Notes: generated from the letters alone by a model not told the origin. Counted from the stretch's first letter, positions 1-13,500 are shown. The stretch: 64,000 nt of DNA from Balanoglossus misakiensis (GCA_040954595.2 CM082590.2:11160655-11224654), one strand, 5' to 3'. A program made the numbers and translations.

Positions 1-39
<39 letters not shown>

Positions 40-50
40 CCCTCTCTCTC
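1..50. repeat. (TC)n microsatellite in the last Rab27 intron
   Basis: Direct TC dinucleotide run at the window start. Confidence 0.9.
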
Positions 51-891
51 TCCCTATTCATTTCCCGAGGGATGATTTCTTTTCCGGATAAGTGATTTCC
101 ATTCCTGGTTTGCGCACACCATCTTTTCTGTAATGCTTGTATTTCCTGTTAAATCCATATTTTCCTGGTTTGTAGGACAAGATTCTCCGAATTGTCTCTG
201 CTTGTACTCACTGTGTAAGATGCATGCATGCATTTCCTAGTTTGTATTTACATACTATATCTTTTCCTTGTTTGAACCACACTGTACTGTAAGCACTCCC
301 ATCTCCTTGATAGTGGGATCCATGTTTGTATGCACTTGCATTTTCTTGCTTTATATCTATGTACATGCTTGCATTTTCAAGTTTTTAAATACATAGTGAG
401 CAAGTATACTTTATTTTTCTTTTCTGCCTGTGTGATAGTATATAAGTAGTGAAGTTGTTAAGTTTTGCATTGTTCACAGTTTTGCAACTTAAGTTCTGTT
501 TTCTGTTTTGTACAAATATGCACGTTCTGCTTTTGTGTCGTGTAGGATTAACAGGTTTGTGGCACTTTGTTTCACCTTCTCTCATTTATACAAGAACCCA
601 TCAAGTTTGAACAGCTAATGACCGTGAGGGCACACATCATAGTAGAACAAACCCCAAATCTACCCAGATCTTTTGTATGACTTTACCAAGTTTCATATTG
701 GTTAGACATTTCGCATTGAGTGTAGACAGTGTCAAGTTGTAATGTAGTTCGTCATTATTTCCATGAAAAGTCACCTGGATGATCCATTTTGATGGATGGA
801 TGGATGGATCGATTGATGGCTGAATGAATGGATTAAGCAAATGATTGATGAATTCTCTCTTTTTTTTGTTTTATTTTATTTTGTTTTTCAG

Positions 892-1087
892 TCTTCCATA
901 TTTTGAAACCAGTGCTGCAACTGGCAGTAACGTCAGCAAGGCGATCGAATGTCTTCTGGATAAAGTCATGTTCCGTATGGAACAAAGCGTGGACAAAAGC
1001 CAATTCCCAAACATGTACCAAAATCACCGACTGGGATCACCCATGGAAGTGGATGAGGCAGGAGAGGACGGGAAATGTACCTGTTAA
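892..1087 (+). CDS. RAB27: Rab27 small GTPase, last coding exon (gene starts upstream of the window)
   Basis: After a polypyrimidine tract and TTTTTCAG acceptor: LPYFETSAATGSNVSKAIECLLDKVMFRMEQSVDKS...GKCTC*. It has the G5 box (ETSA), the Rab27-type LLD..M.RME..VDKS segment and a CXC prenylation end. Confidence 0.9.
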
Positions 1088-1703
1088 CAACCACTGGATT
1101 TTTTCTCTATTTTAACCATCTAGGAAATGTTTATATGGCACCAGCAGAATTATACAACATGAACGTAATGATGTTGAACATGATTAATGTTTAACATCCA
1201 TGAAAACTATGTTTGCTGCTGTATGCATGTGCTCATGTTGGTTTTTGTCATCAGAGATGATAGTGTAGAGATTGGTAGTGGCAGTTTTAAACTCCAGATG
1301 CTCATGGACAATCACAGGAAGGAAACACTCCCGGAATGCCCTGGAAAATTATGCGGATTTGAGAGGGGAAGCTTGTATATAGGAGCCACTAGTTCTTGTG
1401 GACATGGATGCATTTTTGTCTGAATACAAAAAGGGAGGAAGAGGGAGGTACCGTTTTACTTCTTGATGACAGATTCGCAGCACGTGTTCAAATTATGCAC
1501 ATTAGTAACGTCACCACAAGCAAGAAGCAGGCAAGAGTTTCTGAAGAGGAGAAGGAAATACTTTGAGTCTGTGGAAGAAGTCCCAAGATGAAGAGAGAAA
1601 TTCTGAGAAGAATTTTGGACGGAGAAGGTGAAGAAAAAGTGTGGTGTACCAACTTACAACTCAAAAGGTGCAATTCCATCAACTCACAGTATATTGCTAG
1701 AAA

Positions 1704-1795
1704 TTAACCCTTTCACCCCCAGTTCCCTGTATAGAGGTCCAACTTTACCATAGAAAACATGGATTTGGACCAAACCATAGTGGTGAAAGGGTTAA
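1704..1795. mobile_element. ~90-bp piggyBac-type MITE (TTAA TSD, CCCTTTCACC...GGTGAAAGGG TIRs)
   Basis: TTAA-CCCTTTCACC...GGTGAAAGGG-TTAA. The internal sequence (GAGGTCCAAC..ACCATAGAAAAC..GGATTTGGACCAAACCAT) recurs many times; more degenerate copies lie near 3780-3865, 20420-20500, 22800-22850, 29020-29085, 29600-29660, 48007-48090, 51620-51672 and 55270-55360. Confidence 0.8.
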
Positions 1796-4700
1796 ACCAC
1801 CTTCTGCCAGCTCTTCTTTAGATGTTTGGTAGAAGTCCACAGAAATTACAAATCTTTGAAAGCTCATAACCAACATTGTTTATTTAATAGTAGAATAGTT
1901 TATATGAGAAATAGTTAGTCAGTTTTCGAAGAATGAAGACAAGTACAAATTACGATTGACAAGTTTGTAAATAATCTATTATAATGAAGGATTGGAAGAT
2001 AAATATATTATTGTCTGTTCTCTTGGCTAATTACACAATCTTTTCAAATTTAGAGTAAACTGAACAAAGCTAGAACATAAATGCAAAAGTAATTTCAACT
2101 GTTTCCTTGACACTGTATTTGTTTGTGATGATGTTCTTTCACAAGTAACCTTTCATTGTTGTAATATCTTCTGCTTTCAGATGACGACCGATAATTATTC
2201 AATTTATTGGAAATATTTGACAAGCTTATTTCACCATATCATGACCATTTTGGTGCATTCCAGTTTTCACCCTGCAACTCCTGTACTTTGGTTCAACCCA
2301 GCATCGTGTGAAGTGCTATGGGTTGAACTAAGTATGAAGGGATAGGGGTGTGAGTTAGAATTCATGTCTTTTGATGAAATTCAGGTGATTTCTGCCACAG
2401 TGGAACCTGTCTGAAATCAAAATACTTGCACGATGAAATGTTCAGTTTATATATTTCAGAAGTCTGAATGTCTGATGATCCTTTCCAGGGAACTACTTCT
2501 AGTTCAATCACCATCTTCCCTGCCAGTGTCGAAAGTGTTTCGGATTCTACAGATTTCACTGCAATTCAGCAAGGTGCAAAATTAGAAGTTTTGTCTGTCT
2601 GTGTCGGATAATTGTTTAGACTCAAAAACATATAATGCGGGCAAAATATGTTTAATTTAAAAGAGAATGTGGATTTGTACTGTTTTGTGATGTGAAATAA
2701 TTGTCTCAAGAAATATAAATATATCTGTACAAATTGTTCTGATTTTAACAATATTGAAAATGATCATTCTATGATAAAATTTGCCTGGAGTTCTAACGTG
2801 AAAGTATTAAATGGAAGCTGTAAGAAATTTTGACTGAGGGGAAATGTCTTATAAATGTATTTCATCAATTTTGCTTTTATCGTAGGTCTAAGCTAAGGAT
2901 GGGGTGGGGATATTACACTTTATTTTATTGTAGTTTTCCAGCTGTACTAGAGTCGTACAGAGATTAGATGTGTGGTACTGATGTTTCATTTTCTGGTTTC
3001 TATCTTTTTGCTGTTTCTTTGTGTCCTAATTACAATTCTGATGACTTTGAATTGGTGCTGAACAATCTGGAAAGTTAGAAACAAAGCATTCTATTCAGTG
3101 TTTGTGTAAAACACTGTATTTTACATATTTTTGCAAACCTTGAAAGTCTGGGTAACAGATGACTTGTTTATTTTAAATAGTTGAGTTCACAAAGTGTATA
3201 GTTTTTGCTGTTTCGTGTTGTCAGTATCGTCAAATCAATGTTACTGATCAAATGCCTTGAGCAGACCAAACATACATTTTAGACCAAACCATCTAATGAT
3301 CATGGAGACAAATTTCCTATTTGTCATGGAATCATGATTTCTCCCATCAAAATTTATCATGCATCTGGGAAGTTTAAAAGAGTTGGACAATCTTTAACTT
3401 GTCAAATTAAGGCAGTATCTCACTACTTTTGTTGTGTAAATCTTTTATTGGCAGTGGGTAGGTGAAATGTGATACAGGTTTATACACATCTGTTATAAAT
3501 GAAAAATGGTGGTAAGGGGTATATATTTGTATATATATGAAATTTTTTCTTGCTGCTCTATGTTCATCTTTGGTTACCCTTTCAATATGGGATCAGAAAT
3601 TAAAATAATGGCGTCACGATTGAAGTGTATGTTTTGTCATTTTTGTTTATCATCTTATTTATGTTTAAAGGGATACAATCATGCCTAACTCGCACACACA
3701 TCCATGATTGGTTAAAAGGGTGTATACCTTTGACCATCGTTAAAAGGATAGTGACACACTTACTTTTGCTGTCACTCATCAATTACACCCCCGTTCCCTG
3801 CATAAAAGTCCAACGTTCCCAGTGAGAACACTAGAGTTGGACCAAACCATGATGGTGAAAGAGTTACGCCTCTCTCAACCCTCGCACTCCATCATTTAAG
3901 CAATCCTTGCATGACAGTATAACTCATGTACGAAACACAACACAATAAAAACAGACAGAGCAATAAAACGTATCCATGGCAATTCACACAACAAGCAAAC
4001 AAACACAGCAATACTGACAGTAACACTAATTTTATTGTTATGTTCTATTTTTGTCCAAACTGATCCTTGCTGTACCAGTACTTGAATACATATGTCATAA
4101 TTACTATTTTTAGTTGCATGTAGACTACACGTAGAGTCAAGCACCACATAACTGTCCAGACAACGCTGAACTCCATATTTAAGGTAAGTCGTTTCAGTCG
4201 TTTTCCTTGTTGAAAAATACCCTTGTAGAATACTACTCTTGCAGCAGATTTTAAACAATGTTTTATATTGGTTGCATTCATTTAACTTCACACGGACAAT
4301 TATGCATGCAGCCATGTAACATATCAGCCTGTTGTTTTTTCGATGATTATGAACACACATTGCACGGTTTACTGTATCAAGCAGCCAATGTAAACAGTAA
4401 ATTAAAAACTAAATTGTATTTCATGTCTTAGTGAAACATATCAAATAATTCCTCAGAGAGAGAGAGAGATTTATACATACGCATTTTGCATGGTTTGGTT
4501 ATTTGCTACGTTCTATGCAGTTCGTTTTATATTCAAATGATTGACCCACTAATCCCAGCCATATTTATCGTGCAATATATTGAATCTAACAGGTGGTTTG
4601 TCGCGCTCAAATGTAGAAATTGTTTCATACACTTGTCTCTCTCTTTCAGTATATCAATATTTGTAATGCCAGACTGGTTCTCTCCTGTCGATGAGTGAAA

Positions 4701-4969
4701 AAGTCCAAAAGTGTGTTGTGACCAATATGTTCATTGTATAAATTGATGACAGCTGTTGGGACAGTGTGATATTGAATTATGTAAACAATATACAGTTTTG
4801 TCACTACTAATGGTGTCTCAGCTATGTTCATGCACAAGAATAATTATTTCTCAATTTTGTTGCTTATGAATTCTCATCTGTAAATAAATACATTTGACAA
4901 CACAATTATATATTGTACTTTTTGTCTGTTGTGAAAAGTAATGTTTTCCTGATATTATATTTTAACAGA

Positions 4970-6217
4970 ATGAAGATTTTCCTGTTTGCTGCCATCATTT
5001 GCTGCATATTTGTAGGTGAGTTTTCTGAATTAAATACAGATGTGAACGCTGGACCGAGGGGTTTGTTTTAATTGATGAATATTCTTGGAAACGCTTGTGC
5101 CAAGTACAGAACTTTAAATGGCAGTGAACAATTTCCTCTTAATGTTTGTAAAAATCCTGGCTTCTTCAGTGTGCATGTCATGCAGAGGGGTCAATGGGGA
5201 AAGTTGACCAATCACATCAAGGGTGTTTCCCTAATTGTCTTCATTTTGAGTTCAAATTCATGATGGCTGTGTGAGACTTATGGAAAGGGTGTATCCTCTT
5301 GTTTATCTTTGTCCATCTGTCTGTTGACATTTCTTCCCCTATCCCACAGGCATCCGGTCATCAGACAACGCGACGTATGACATCGCTACCACAACAGAAG
5401 CAGACATGGCCTCCATCAACACAGTTCAATGCCTGATGTGTGACGTCATCATAGACAAAAACCACGCTTGCATCACCAAAGCCAACGCTAGCATCGGTTC
5501 TCAAGTATCTCTTGTTGGCTGTCCCGGATATTGCTTTGTAAGAATTCATCTCAAAATTCACAAACTGAAAATAACTTCGCCCTTTAACAGCATGGAGGAT
5601 CCCAACAAGGATACCAGCAAATAATTGTGTTATATATAAATAGTAAGCCTTGTAAAATACTACACAATAGGCCCCATTCAAGGTGATAGCCTTGTATGTT
5701 TTAATTACTCTTAATAACCTCAATTTAATTCTCAGCTAATGGAAGAGAAAGAGTGAGAGAGAGGTAGAGAGAGTGACAGAGAGGGGGGGAGAGGTAGAGA
5801 GAGATCAAGGGCCAGGGAGAGATCAGAGAACTCTAGGCAAATTACACCTGTTACACATGGGTAAACATCTTTTTGTTTGTTCATGTAAAATTGTTAGCCT
5901 ATGAAAATGTGAGGCTGTTTTATATGACTATTGCTTGCAACCTGTGACATACTACTATTTATACACATGTGTAATCTCTCCTGCAGGTTGAAAAGACAAC
6001 GATAGTTGGATTCACGTTGATGTTCAAACGTGGTTGCTCAGCAAGTTGCGTAGAAGACGATGCCTGTAACGGGATGGTGAGAAGTGGGAAGTGTATGAGA
6101 TGTTGTGAATCAAATTACTGCAATGCCAATCTGGGTCTGTCATCGACCTCCGCTGTCAGACTCAGTTTATCACTCGCTGCAGTCACTGCCATATTGACTG
6201 TCATTCTAAGTAACTGA
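4970..6217 (+). CDS. Ly6/uPAR (three-finger, LU-domain) GPI-anchored protein; exons 4970-5015, 5350-5537, 5987-6217
   Basis: Signal peptide MKIFLFAAIICCIFVG, then CLMC...C...CPGYC...RGCSASC...C...CMRCCESNYCN and a hydrophobic C-terminal GPI signal (LSLAAVTAILTVILSN). GT-AG introns have compatible phases (1, 0). A possible 5' UTR exon donor AAG|GTAAGT lies at 4183/4184. Confidence 0.85.
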
Positions 6218-6235
6218 GTTAATGGTTGGAAAGTG

Positions 6236-6284
6236 TAGCCTAGTCCTCGCCGTATGTTGACAAAATACGGCTAGGACTAGGCTA
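6236..6284. mobile_element. 49-bp hairpin element with TAGC...GCTA ends and a 9-bp TSD (TGGAAAGTG) in the Ly6 3' UTR
   Basis: TAGCCTAGTCCTCGCCGTAT-GTTGACAAA-ATACGGCTAGGACTAGGCTA, flanked by TGGAAAGTG at 6227-6235 and 6285-6293. Confidence 0.8.
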
Positions 6285-6764
6285 TGGAAAGTGTGACCAA
6301 GTACCTCTCTGCACCATTGTTCTCTAACGGCCAATTGCGCACACATTACCACAGAGGTATCTGCTTATTTGGTTGGTTGTTATCTCATATATATACACAC
6401 CTCTCATTTACATATGCCTATATATGGTCAAATGACATGTCTATATGTCTTCCAATGACCATAGTGCTGCACTTTTTGTAGGACTGTGAATTAAGCCATC
6501 CACTGAAAATCTGAGAGAGGCCATTTTTAATTTTCCATCGCAAGAGTGGTTGAATTGGCATAGGTAGTCATATGCCATTACAATTAATCTAAGTTTTTTT
6601 GGTACGCGAATGGTAAAGGCACATGTAGAGAAAAATAATCATCAATAATTAATTAATGTTTATTAACATTTACTCTGCTAGTTTTGAACTTTTGACATTT
6701 TCTCACAAGCCTTCCATCTACCGAAGTCCTGATTATTTAAAGTGTGCAAAGGCTTGTACAATTA

Positions 6765-8309
6765 TTATGGGATGGTGTATTTAAGTCTTATTTCATTTTG
6801 TGGCATTTGATTGAACCAAGTTGTTTCTGCATTTTTATATTCTTTTTCAGTTTTGAATTGTACCCATCCAAAGTTTTTGTATATATGATCAGGACAGTAG
6901 TCTTGTATTTGTTTCATTCTGTCATAGTCGATAGTGCTTAACCACTTTGTTGCTGATTCACTATGGGATTTGAAAACCGGTGGTTCGGTTGATGGACCAT
7001 GTAATCCTGCAAAGTCGTACACAGCACGATTGACTACATCAGGGTAGAGACACATATCTTCAAATCGAATCAGCATCGAATTCATTTTCAGGTACTCTGA
7101 GCCATCACTCATCAGGTTCCAAACCACTTCCAACCATGCACAATGTTCCTTCACTAAATCTTCAATCGAATAATCATTATTCGTCAAGACTGTTTCCCAC
7201 CGTCGAAGCCGAGAACTTGCCAAACTTCTTGGATCTCTGACCAGAAACAGCAACTTCACATTTTCTCCCTCAAGTATGGGCAGACAAGGTTTGATATCAT
7301 TAAAGCGAACAACTTTAGACAAAATGTGAGTTTTGGATTGGCAGAAGGAGATGAGTTTGCTCTGTGTAAGAGGATAATTCAGTTCCCGAAATGTTCCTCT
7401 AACTCTGTAAATACTGTAAGTGTTCAGTCCGGTTAGGAAATACTCATGAGATGTTAAATCACATCTGTACAGATCCCCAAAGAACTGGCACATGTCTGGT
7501 TGGAGTTCTTCTAAGTTGTCTTTCGTGTCGATGAAAACATTCTTATCGTACACTATTTTGGACAACATGTGCCCAGGTTCATATGCGTAGAAGAAATCAC
7601 TACGGTCTGTAAAAAGTCGTGCCAAGGCACTTGTTCCGGATGACATTCGTCCAATCACCAGTAAGTGTATTCTAGTACCATTTGGTGAAAAGTCTTCTTT
7701 GATTTCGCGTTGCTCATTACTCGATTGGGGAATGATGTTCTCATTGGTTGAGATGTGGGAGATGTCCATGGTTGCCATAGATACCTCCCTGCTCTCTTCC
7801 ACCTGAGAAGCAGGCACTAGTTCTGTGGAGGCGAATTTAAACAGATCGTTTCTCTCTTTGGTCCGATTGATGAACGCTTGGTTGTATAAAGTCAGCGTGG
7901 CCATCACTGTAATTGCCATAGAAACCACGATGATCAGGTGAGCCCGTCGCCCAGGCAACACTGAAAAGAAGTTGGATATGTAGGATGAAGTATGTGGTTC
8001 CCAAGAGATCGGTCATATTTGGCCAAAAGGGAGCAATGTTGATTGTAGTCACCAACTTCATTATTTAAAAGACCTGTATCGACTTGTTTTGCATCAATGG
8101 GGCTTGAAGGCATCAGGCTGCGGTAATAATGTTTGAAACATCAATGAATGATTTAATACCCTCTGTCAGCACATTGTCCAAACGTGACACGCAACAGAGC
8201 GGACAATTCGGTAAATACGACATGAATGAAAGAACACAAACACCAATTCTGAATATTTTTTCTGATCATGTGTCGTATACTTACCTTTATGCAGTACAAA
8301 GTGAATCAT
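6765..8309 (-). CDS. Golgi carbohydrate sulfotransferase (CHST1/GlcNAc-6-O-sulfotransferase-like); exons 8309-8285, 7960-6765
   Basis: Type II TM segment (LIIVVSMAITVMATLTLY), 5'-PSB-like GRMSSGTS, FYAYEP, and 3'-PB LVRDPRSLASSR. A short first coding exon MIHFVLHK ends at AAG|GTAAGT and joins in phase 1 at the TTCTTTTCAG acceptor. Confidence 0.85.
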
Positions 8310-9737
8310 TATCTGTGTTTCGTGAAACCTGAAAATATGGTAATAGATTGGGGTGAACAAAATACTTTATCACCATGGCAATAATAACACAGATGCTGTC
8401 AGTAATCTTAATCCCTTCCAACGAGATCCTCGTTCCACTGTGACAGCTTGGCCACTGGAATTGAAAACTGTGTCAGTGTCCAATTCATCACCATGGAAAA
8501 ACAAATGACCATGTTGGTAATTGTCCCATCACTTTCTTATATTCAGTCAATTAAACAATGATAAGTAAACACCCTGACCATTTTAGCCAACGGTCAATCC
8601 TTCAGCTACGATGTCTGGATAACATTTCCCATTATTACATGTATGAGGTTAATCCAAATCTGACAGAGCAGACTACATAAATTGTCATCAAGAAACAGTA
8701 GGGGGGATGAAATTTTCTTTTTATATCAAGAACCATTGGACTTACCACTGAATCCGGCCCGTCCACTAGCACTACGTGACTATAGACCCCTTGATCAGAT
8801 ATAATCAGAATTTAAAACACAATGAAAAGTCCCATCATTTGGGGCAGATGACGTCACTGCTTTGGGTTTTAAAGCATAGGTTAACCCCACCATTAGTCGA
8901 GTGTCACAGCTGGTGGTGGTGGTGTGTGTGTGTTTTCTTTCCAATGGCCAATGACATTTAAGTGAAGACTGACACTCTTTTGTTTATGGTTGTGCGTTGC
9001 CACATATAACACACTTCACTAATCAGTGTATATCAGTTAACTTTTTATTATGGATATTAAAGTTTTAAATTTACAAATCTATGCAAATTTGAATAAATGG
9101 GATGAAACTATCCACTTAGCTGTGTGAGTACTGTAAAAAAGATGCGGAAAGTATCTCAACTTGGTTGAATCATGGTCCCCATGGTTGACTTTGAACTAAG
9201 AATCTCTGTCATATCAAGGAAAACTACAAATGACCAACTTTTCTACCAAAGAGAGTAGTATAATGTAATTGCCACTGTACTCTTGGTAAATATAACAATA
9301 AGTTGACATAATATAATGGAAATATACATTTTTAATTATATTTTGTTATATTTCTTGTATTATTGCATTTCAATTATATAATATCATATATAGTAAGTTC
9401 AATCTTCGAGTAGATGGGGTCATTAATTTTCAGTCTGGAACAGAGTGGACTCTAACACTGGACGGAATCCATGCTTTTTACACCTTCCCATATTTTAAAA
9501 TTCCAGATGTTTAATTTAATATTCACCTTTGAAAATTCAAACAAATATGTCTGTAATCATGCCAAAATGCCAATGTGATTTTGGTTTGAGTATGCTGTTT
9601 ATTTTCGCATCATAAAACAAAAGAGAGGATATTGCAGCACGGTTGAGGGCGCTCTAAGACGCGTAGCGCAGCCAGCGTTGGGATTGGGGCAGGGAACCAG
9701 ACTAATTTCTCGTTATTTTTTCAGTTCTGGCATGACT

Positions 9738-10504
9738 TTAAAAGTTCTCCTTTGAAAATTTAAACTTGAACTTTTCAGAGTGCGCCTTGATGACTTTTCC
9801 CAGGGCGGGAGATCCACAGAAGAAGACTTTGACCTTGCCTCGTCCTTCTTCGGCAATTTTCGTGAAGAGCTGAAACACAAACGATTCACATGTCAGAATG
9901 CAAGGAGAATTTAAATCCAAGACCAGTTTATTTGGAGATGGAAGGGCATAGTACAGACATATTTGGGGAGGGGGTGTGCAGTTTTGTGAGTGTGGCTGTC
10001 GACAAATTGCAAGCATTAAAAGTTCTGTCACTTTTCTGTATAGGGACTGGTCATTTTCCTTAGTAGCGGGAGGGTCATGTCAGCCATGGAAAAATATACA
10101 TCTTTGCTTCATTCCAAAATAAAACTTTGGACTAGCCCAACAAAAATAGTCAACTATCAGATATGTTCTTTGTGTTATTTACATCCACAAGTATAACTCT
10201 CACCTTGTCCCAATCAGGTCGTCCTGGGTGCGTTCTTGTTTTCAATCCGGTGATCAAATCACGACTCGATTTTCTGTGAAGCAGGTCGAGCGCCATCTGA
10301 AGGCCAATTCGCTTGACGTCTGTTTTCCCTGGCGCTGCCGTCATGAACATGTGAAGTTCCAGGAATCTATCGAAGGATCCCTCCTTAGCCTGTTCCATTT
10401 CGAGAAGGGTAAGTAGACTGACGAACCATTCGAAGCACTTCTGGTCTCGGTTGATCCAAATGAAGTCCACCTTCAATGGGGAGAGAGTGAGGGAGGGAGT
10501 GAAG

Positions 10505-10542
<38 letters not shown>

Positions 10543-13500
10543 AAACGTTATGCTTATGTAACTGTTGTGTAACAGACATTTAATAAATCATTGTGGTTTG
10601 AAGACATACTCCATCGATATTTTAAAATGTTATCTTTTCTTTATAGTGTCCGGGTCATCTTGGTGCAGTGGTTACCTTTGTCAGTCTCATGGAGGCGGAC
10701 ACGTCCTCTCCCATCCAAGTATGGTTACACTTTGGACAGGTGTGGTTCAACTTCTTGTATCGATGCATGATGCTTTGCAAGATGGAGGCGAATGGAGTGA
10801 CGCCGATGCCTGCTCCAATCAGAACAGCGTGTTCGGCTTGCATAATCTCCCTGGTCGGAGTGCCATATGGTCCGTCTATGTACACCTGCAAGAAGACAAA
10901 GACCAGGTGTGTTTAAGAGGAAAAACTTACGATTTATTATCGGCGTCCGTTTCATTTGAACTCATTTTCTTGAAAACTCTATTAACTTTCTCAAATGTTT
11001 GCCTTTTTCAGTCATCTGACGTGATACACATGGAAACAACGACATCAATCCTTACCCGCATTTGTTGTGTTAAGTAATTTGACGTCTCCACGGCAACAGC
11101 TGGATCTGCACCCATCTGCAATCCAGAAGACTACGAATATGATGGAACAGAAAAGAGGTAAGAGTGATGAAATGTTACAACCAGGTTCAGTAATAAATCT
11201 CCATCAAATATTGGTAAGCAAGTACTTGTCATGATTGGCCAACATCCATTGACCGTACAAGGAACTTTGGCCAATTGGCCACTTTTTAAGCGGGCCACTT
11301 TTGTATGAAACGCGAGAACATTTGCAGACTTTAACAAAAGTTTGTATGGGCCATGTTCTCCAATATAGAATGCCTATCCACGCGAGATCACGCAGGGAAT
11401 TTGACAAATGGTCTATTTCTTTCCGTCACGTGCGAAACTTACCCGTCTTCGCGTCGCTGTATAGTTATTCCCGGTGGCTTCTTCGTTCTGTTCGTCTTTT
11501 TCCGACGGGACAATCGGCAAACTCAGAGTCCGACGGAAACCGACGATCTCCGGGTCTTCGTTGACGATCGGCATGACGGGATACGTTGACGATGCCTTGG
11601 ATAAATGCATTCCTTCCGCGTGGTTCGACTGGTCTCCCGTGCCGACGCCGATGTTCAAATCCGTCATGGGAACGCTGCCGTTCGGGTGATCTTCGGAATC
11701 TATGTCGATAGCCAGGTTGACTTCACCGATGGATGCATTGCGACGGTGACGGGCTTGGCGTTTTTCTTCCTCGAAAAATTTGTAGAGTCTGTTCGTCCAT
11801 TGTCCAGCGGAACGAACGTGGATCCAGAGTGTTCCTGAAATCCAGAAAATTGAAGACGAGTAGCTGTCACTGACGATTTAATGCAAAAAGACTGGTCAAA
11901 CTTTGTGGATGTAAATGGCCAATTCATCGTCGACCAATCTATGGAAATATCGTCAATATTTATACATATACCTAATTGTTCTGGAGCACTGCTAATGGTA
12001 AATGGATGCCATTCATACTTTGCAATGGCGGGTATTTGGACGTAGATGTAATCACCAGCACGGAAGTGGAAATTTGTCGGTCTCGTCATCACCAAATGGG
12101 TCACCTAGGCAACGCCAGATAAAGATGAATGGAAATAGTTCGATATCAGTAATTCATCATAATTCATTTGAACTAACATAACCGTCCAAAAGTGAGAAAT
12201 TCCACTAAAAGAACAACGTCGATTTATATTTACATTATTTACAACACGCCTCAAGAAATGTGTGTTCCATTTCTTGCTTACCCCTGATGGAAGTAGATTG
12301 ACTTCCTGGATGTAGGTCTTGCCATATCTGGCCATTTTCACCAACTTGGACCGCGAAATCTTCTCAATCAAGAAGATGACGCCAGGTGCAACGAACCACT
12401 TCCAGAATCGTGGACCATGGACCAATAGGAATGCCCAAAACCAAACGTACAGAAGATGTGTCCAATAGAATACCTAGAAGAGATACGATCCTTTTTATCT
12501 CATGTGGTCAACCAGAAACAAAGGAGAGAGAAAGAGAGGTAGGGAGAGAGAGGGAGAGATGGAGAAGACAGAGAAGAGAGGAGGGGACCGAAGTGTACCA
12601 ACCTGAAAGTGACCACTCCTTCTGACAAACGGCATGGAGCAAACGATCATAACAAGAAGAATAAGATCCAGAATCCATCCGGTGATGTAAGCTGTCCCAT
12701 AATGCCACGTCACAGTCCCCACCATTGCCTTTGTTGTGAATAGACATTCCCAGATCTCAAGTCCAAGCGAGGCGTGGTTGGCAACTGTGAACAGAGATAT
12801 CTTAACTTAAATGCTTGGTCCTTGGCACAGTACCAGACCAGACCAGACCACACCACACCACACCACACAGCATGTGAATGCATGCATAGAGGCTATAGGC
12901 TTAAAAACAGACTTACTGATATTGCCAATGTGTGCTACAGTGTGAACGACGGTGAGGAAGCCGATGACGAGACCCACCATCTTGTGGAAGGTGATGTGAT
13001 GATCCAAAGGTAACAAGTTGGAAGCTTTGGTCGCTCGAACGAACGTCAGACATTGTCTCAACATCAAGCAGAGTGTGAAAGACGCGTTGAAGTTCAGACA
13101 CTGGCCGCATGCCCTGGCTAAAACAGGAGAAGTCAAAAGATGATCGAATATCAGTATTTAAGCGAGTGCCAGGCTGCCTAACCACGCGAGATCTCACAGG
13201 GTCTCGTGGAGTTCGACAAATGGTCTATTATTAACTGTGAACTTACCAATAATGATGTACCAGTTAGTATCTCTGTACCTCCAGCCAGCTTCTACTGCCA
13301 GGGCAGCGTTGACAAGAAAATATAGAACCAGAAATAGCCATTTCTTCAGATTATTGTGAATGTACCGCCATGTTAGATATCGAGGGATGAAACGATGGCC
13401 TCCACTGCGTGTGTCTGGTGGCTCAAACCAACGTGTTGTGCTGTGAAACAAAATGAACACATAATCCATCCTTTTAATCTTTCATGATTTATATTAATAC

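Noticed and set aside
833-1115. Alternative-frame and antisense ORFs around the Rab27 exon
   Set aside because: Only the frame ending in CTC* carries Rab motifs.
1187-1700. Purine-rich, exon-like sequence after the Rab27 stop
   Set aside because: Stops interrupt the frames and there is no recognisable protein; treated as 3' UTR.
10931-11015. Coding-looking stretch with a strong donor inside a NOX5 intron
   Set aside because: It is preceded by an in-frame TGA, ends in an incompatible phase and would leave a 45-nt intron.
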